DNA of 64,000 nucleotides from an uncultured Acidobacteriota bacterium (GTDB lineage Bacteria; Acidobacteriota; Vicinamibacteria; Vicinamibacterales; UBA2999): NCBI GenBank assembly GCA_963834325.1, contig CAWIBL010000011.1, positions 579,157 to 643,156 of the forward strand, read 5' to 3'. Shown piece by piece: positions 63,410 to 64,000 of this stretch (position 1 is its first letter; each line of letters starts with the position of its first letter). The notes under the pieces were generated by a model. It saw only the letters and a program-made list of their open reading frames with translations, ran no database searches and was not told where the DNA came from. The position numbers and the translations under genes were made by a program.

Positions 63410-64000
63410 TTACGTCCACTCGGTCACGACACCCGCCAAGTCCCGTTCGAACTCGTCCGCGCTCTGCGGCCGGTCCCTCTGATCCCGCGCCAGCGCGCGC
63501 GTCAACAGCGCCGCCAGCGAATCGGAGCACGCCTCGCCTCCCCGCATCACCGCTGGGGCGCCTGTCGTGCGAATGCGCCGGATCACCTCGTCCACGCCGA
63601 AGGCCGCCCAGGGGTGGGTCCCGGCCAGCGCCTCTTGCATCATCACGGCCAGCGCCCACAGGTCGTCGCGGGCCTCTGGCGCACGGCCGTTCAGCAACTC
63701 GGGCGACATGTAGAGCGGGGTGCCCGCCAGGCCACTGCCCGCTATCCCGCCCACCGCGGCCTTGCCGACTTCCTCGGCCACCTCAGGGGCGTGGGCGTCG
63801 TCGGCTTGTCCGTAGATGGACGCCAGGCCGGCGCCGTCCCCGACCAGCCGCGACAGGCCGAAGTCGAGCACCTTGGCAGATCCCTCGGCGGTGAAGCCGA
63901 TGTTGCTGGGCTTCAAGTCGCGATGCGTGATTCCGGCGCGGTGCAAATGGCTGAGTCCGGCCAGCACATGACGCGTCATGGCCACCACCGCGGGTTCGGC
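63410..64000 (-). CDS. Ser/Thr protein kinase, C-terminal part (the N-terminus lies beyond the window edge)
   Basis: It has the catalytic loop '[13 protein letters not shown]', 'VLDFGLSR' and 'GTPLYMSPE'. The frame is open to nt 64000. Confidence 0.8.
   Translation of the reverse strand, partial: AEPAVVAMTRHVLAGLSHLHRAGITHRDLKPSNIGFTAEGSAKVLDFGLSRLVGDGAGLASIYGQADDAHAPEVAEEVGKAAVGGIAGSGLAGTPLYMSPELLNGRAPEARDDLWALAVMMQEALAGTHPWAAFGVDEVIRRIRTTGAPAVMRGGEACSDSLAALLTRALARDQRDRPQSADEFERDLAGVVTEWT

Overview
This is a GC-rich bacterial chromosomal window (roughly two-thirds G+C or more by eye, not computed). The gene content suggests an Acidobacteriota-like soil bacterium, which is inference only. 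That content includes a PadR regulator coupled to a duplicated FtsX-type permease, TonB receptors with carboxypeptidase-regulatory N-termini, a PEP-CTERM-like tail and several PQQ-type dehydrogenases.

Layout:
- 1-12.3 kb holds core genes: a DUF5916-like protein, a TVP38-oxidoreductase fusion, DUF2239, a sugar dehydrogenase, an AlkZ/YcaQ-like protein, gltX and an MFS exporter.
- tRNA-Gln(CTG) lies at 12341-12414. It is followed by a frameshifted tyrosine integrase, an excisionase-like gene, hicAB, an XRE remnant, an orphan hicB, an IS3 orfA scar, a secreted amidase and higBA.
- A 14.6-kb, translationally coupled minus-strand operon spans 19316-33953. It encodes five very large proteins. Only a PhoD-type metallophosphatase signature and a DUF6603-like architecture are recognisable. 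This operon is the best candidate for an undescribed system.
- 34.5-64 kb carries a PQQ sugar dehydrogenase, an M20 peptidase plus a stand-alone lid-domain protein, and a decayed accessory patch (amidohydrolase, DUF6036-like and methyltransferase fragments).
- The same stretch also carries a DHH-uvsE pair, two TonB receptors, an SGNH hydrolase, a PQQ dehydrogenase, PadR plus permease, katE, htpG, an outer-membrane beta-barrel protein and a partial Ser/Thr kinase.

More than 35 reading-frame breaks are scattered very unevenly over the window. These are either assembly indels or real gene decay.

I saw no rRNA, CRISPR array or intact IS element. All family names come from reading the translations; no database search was run.
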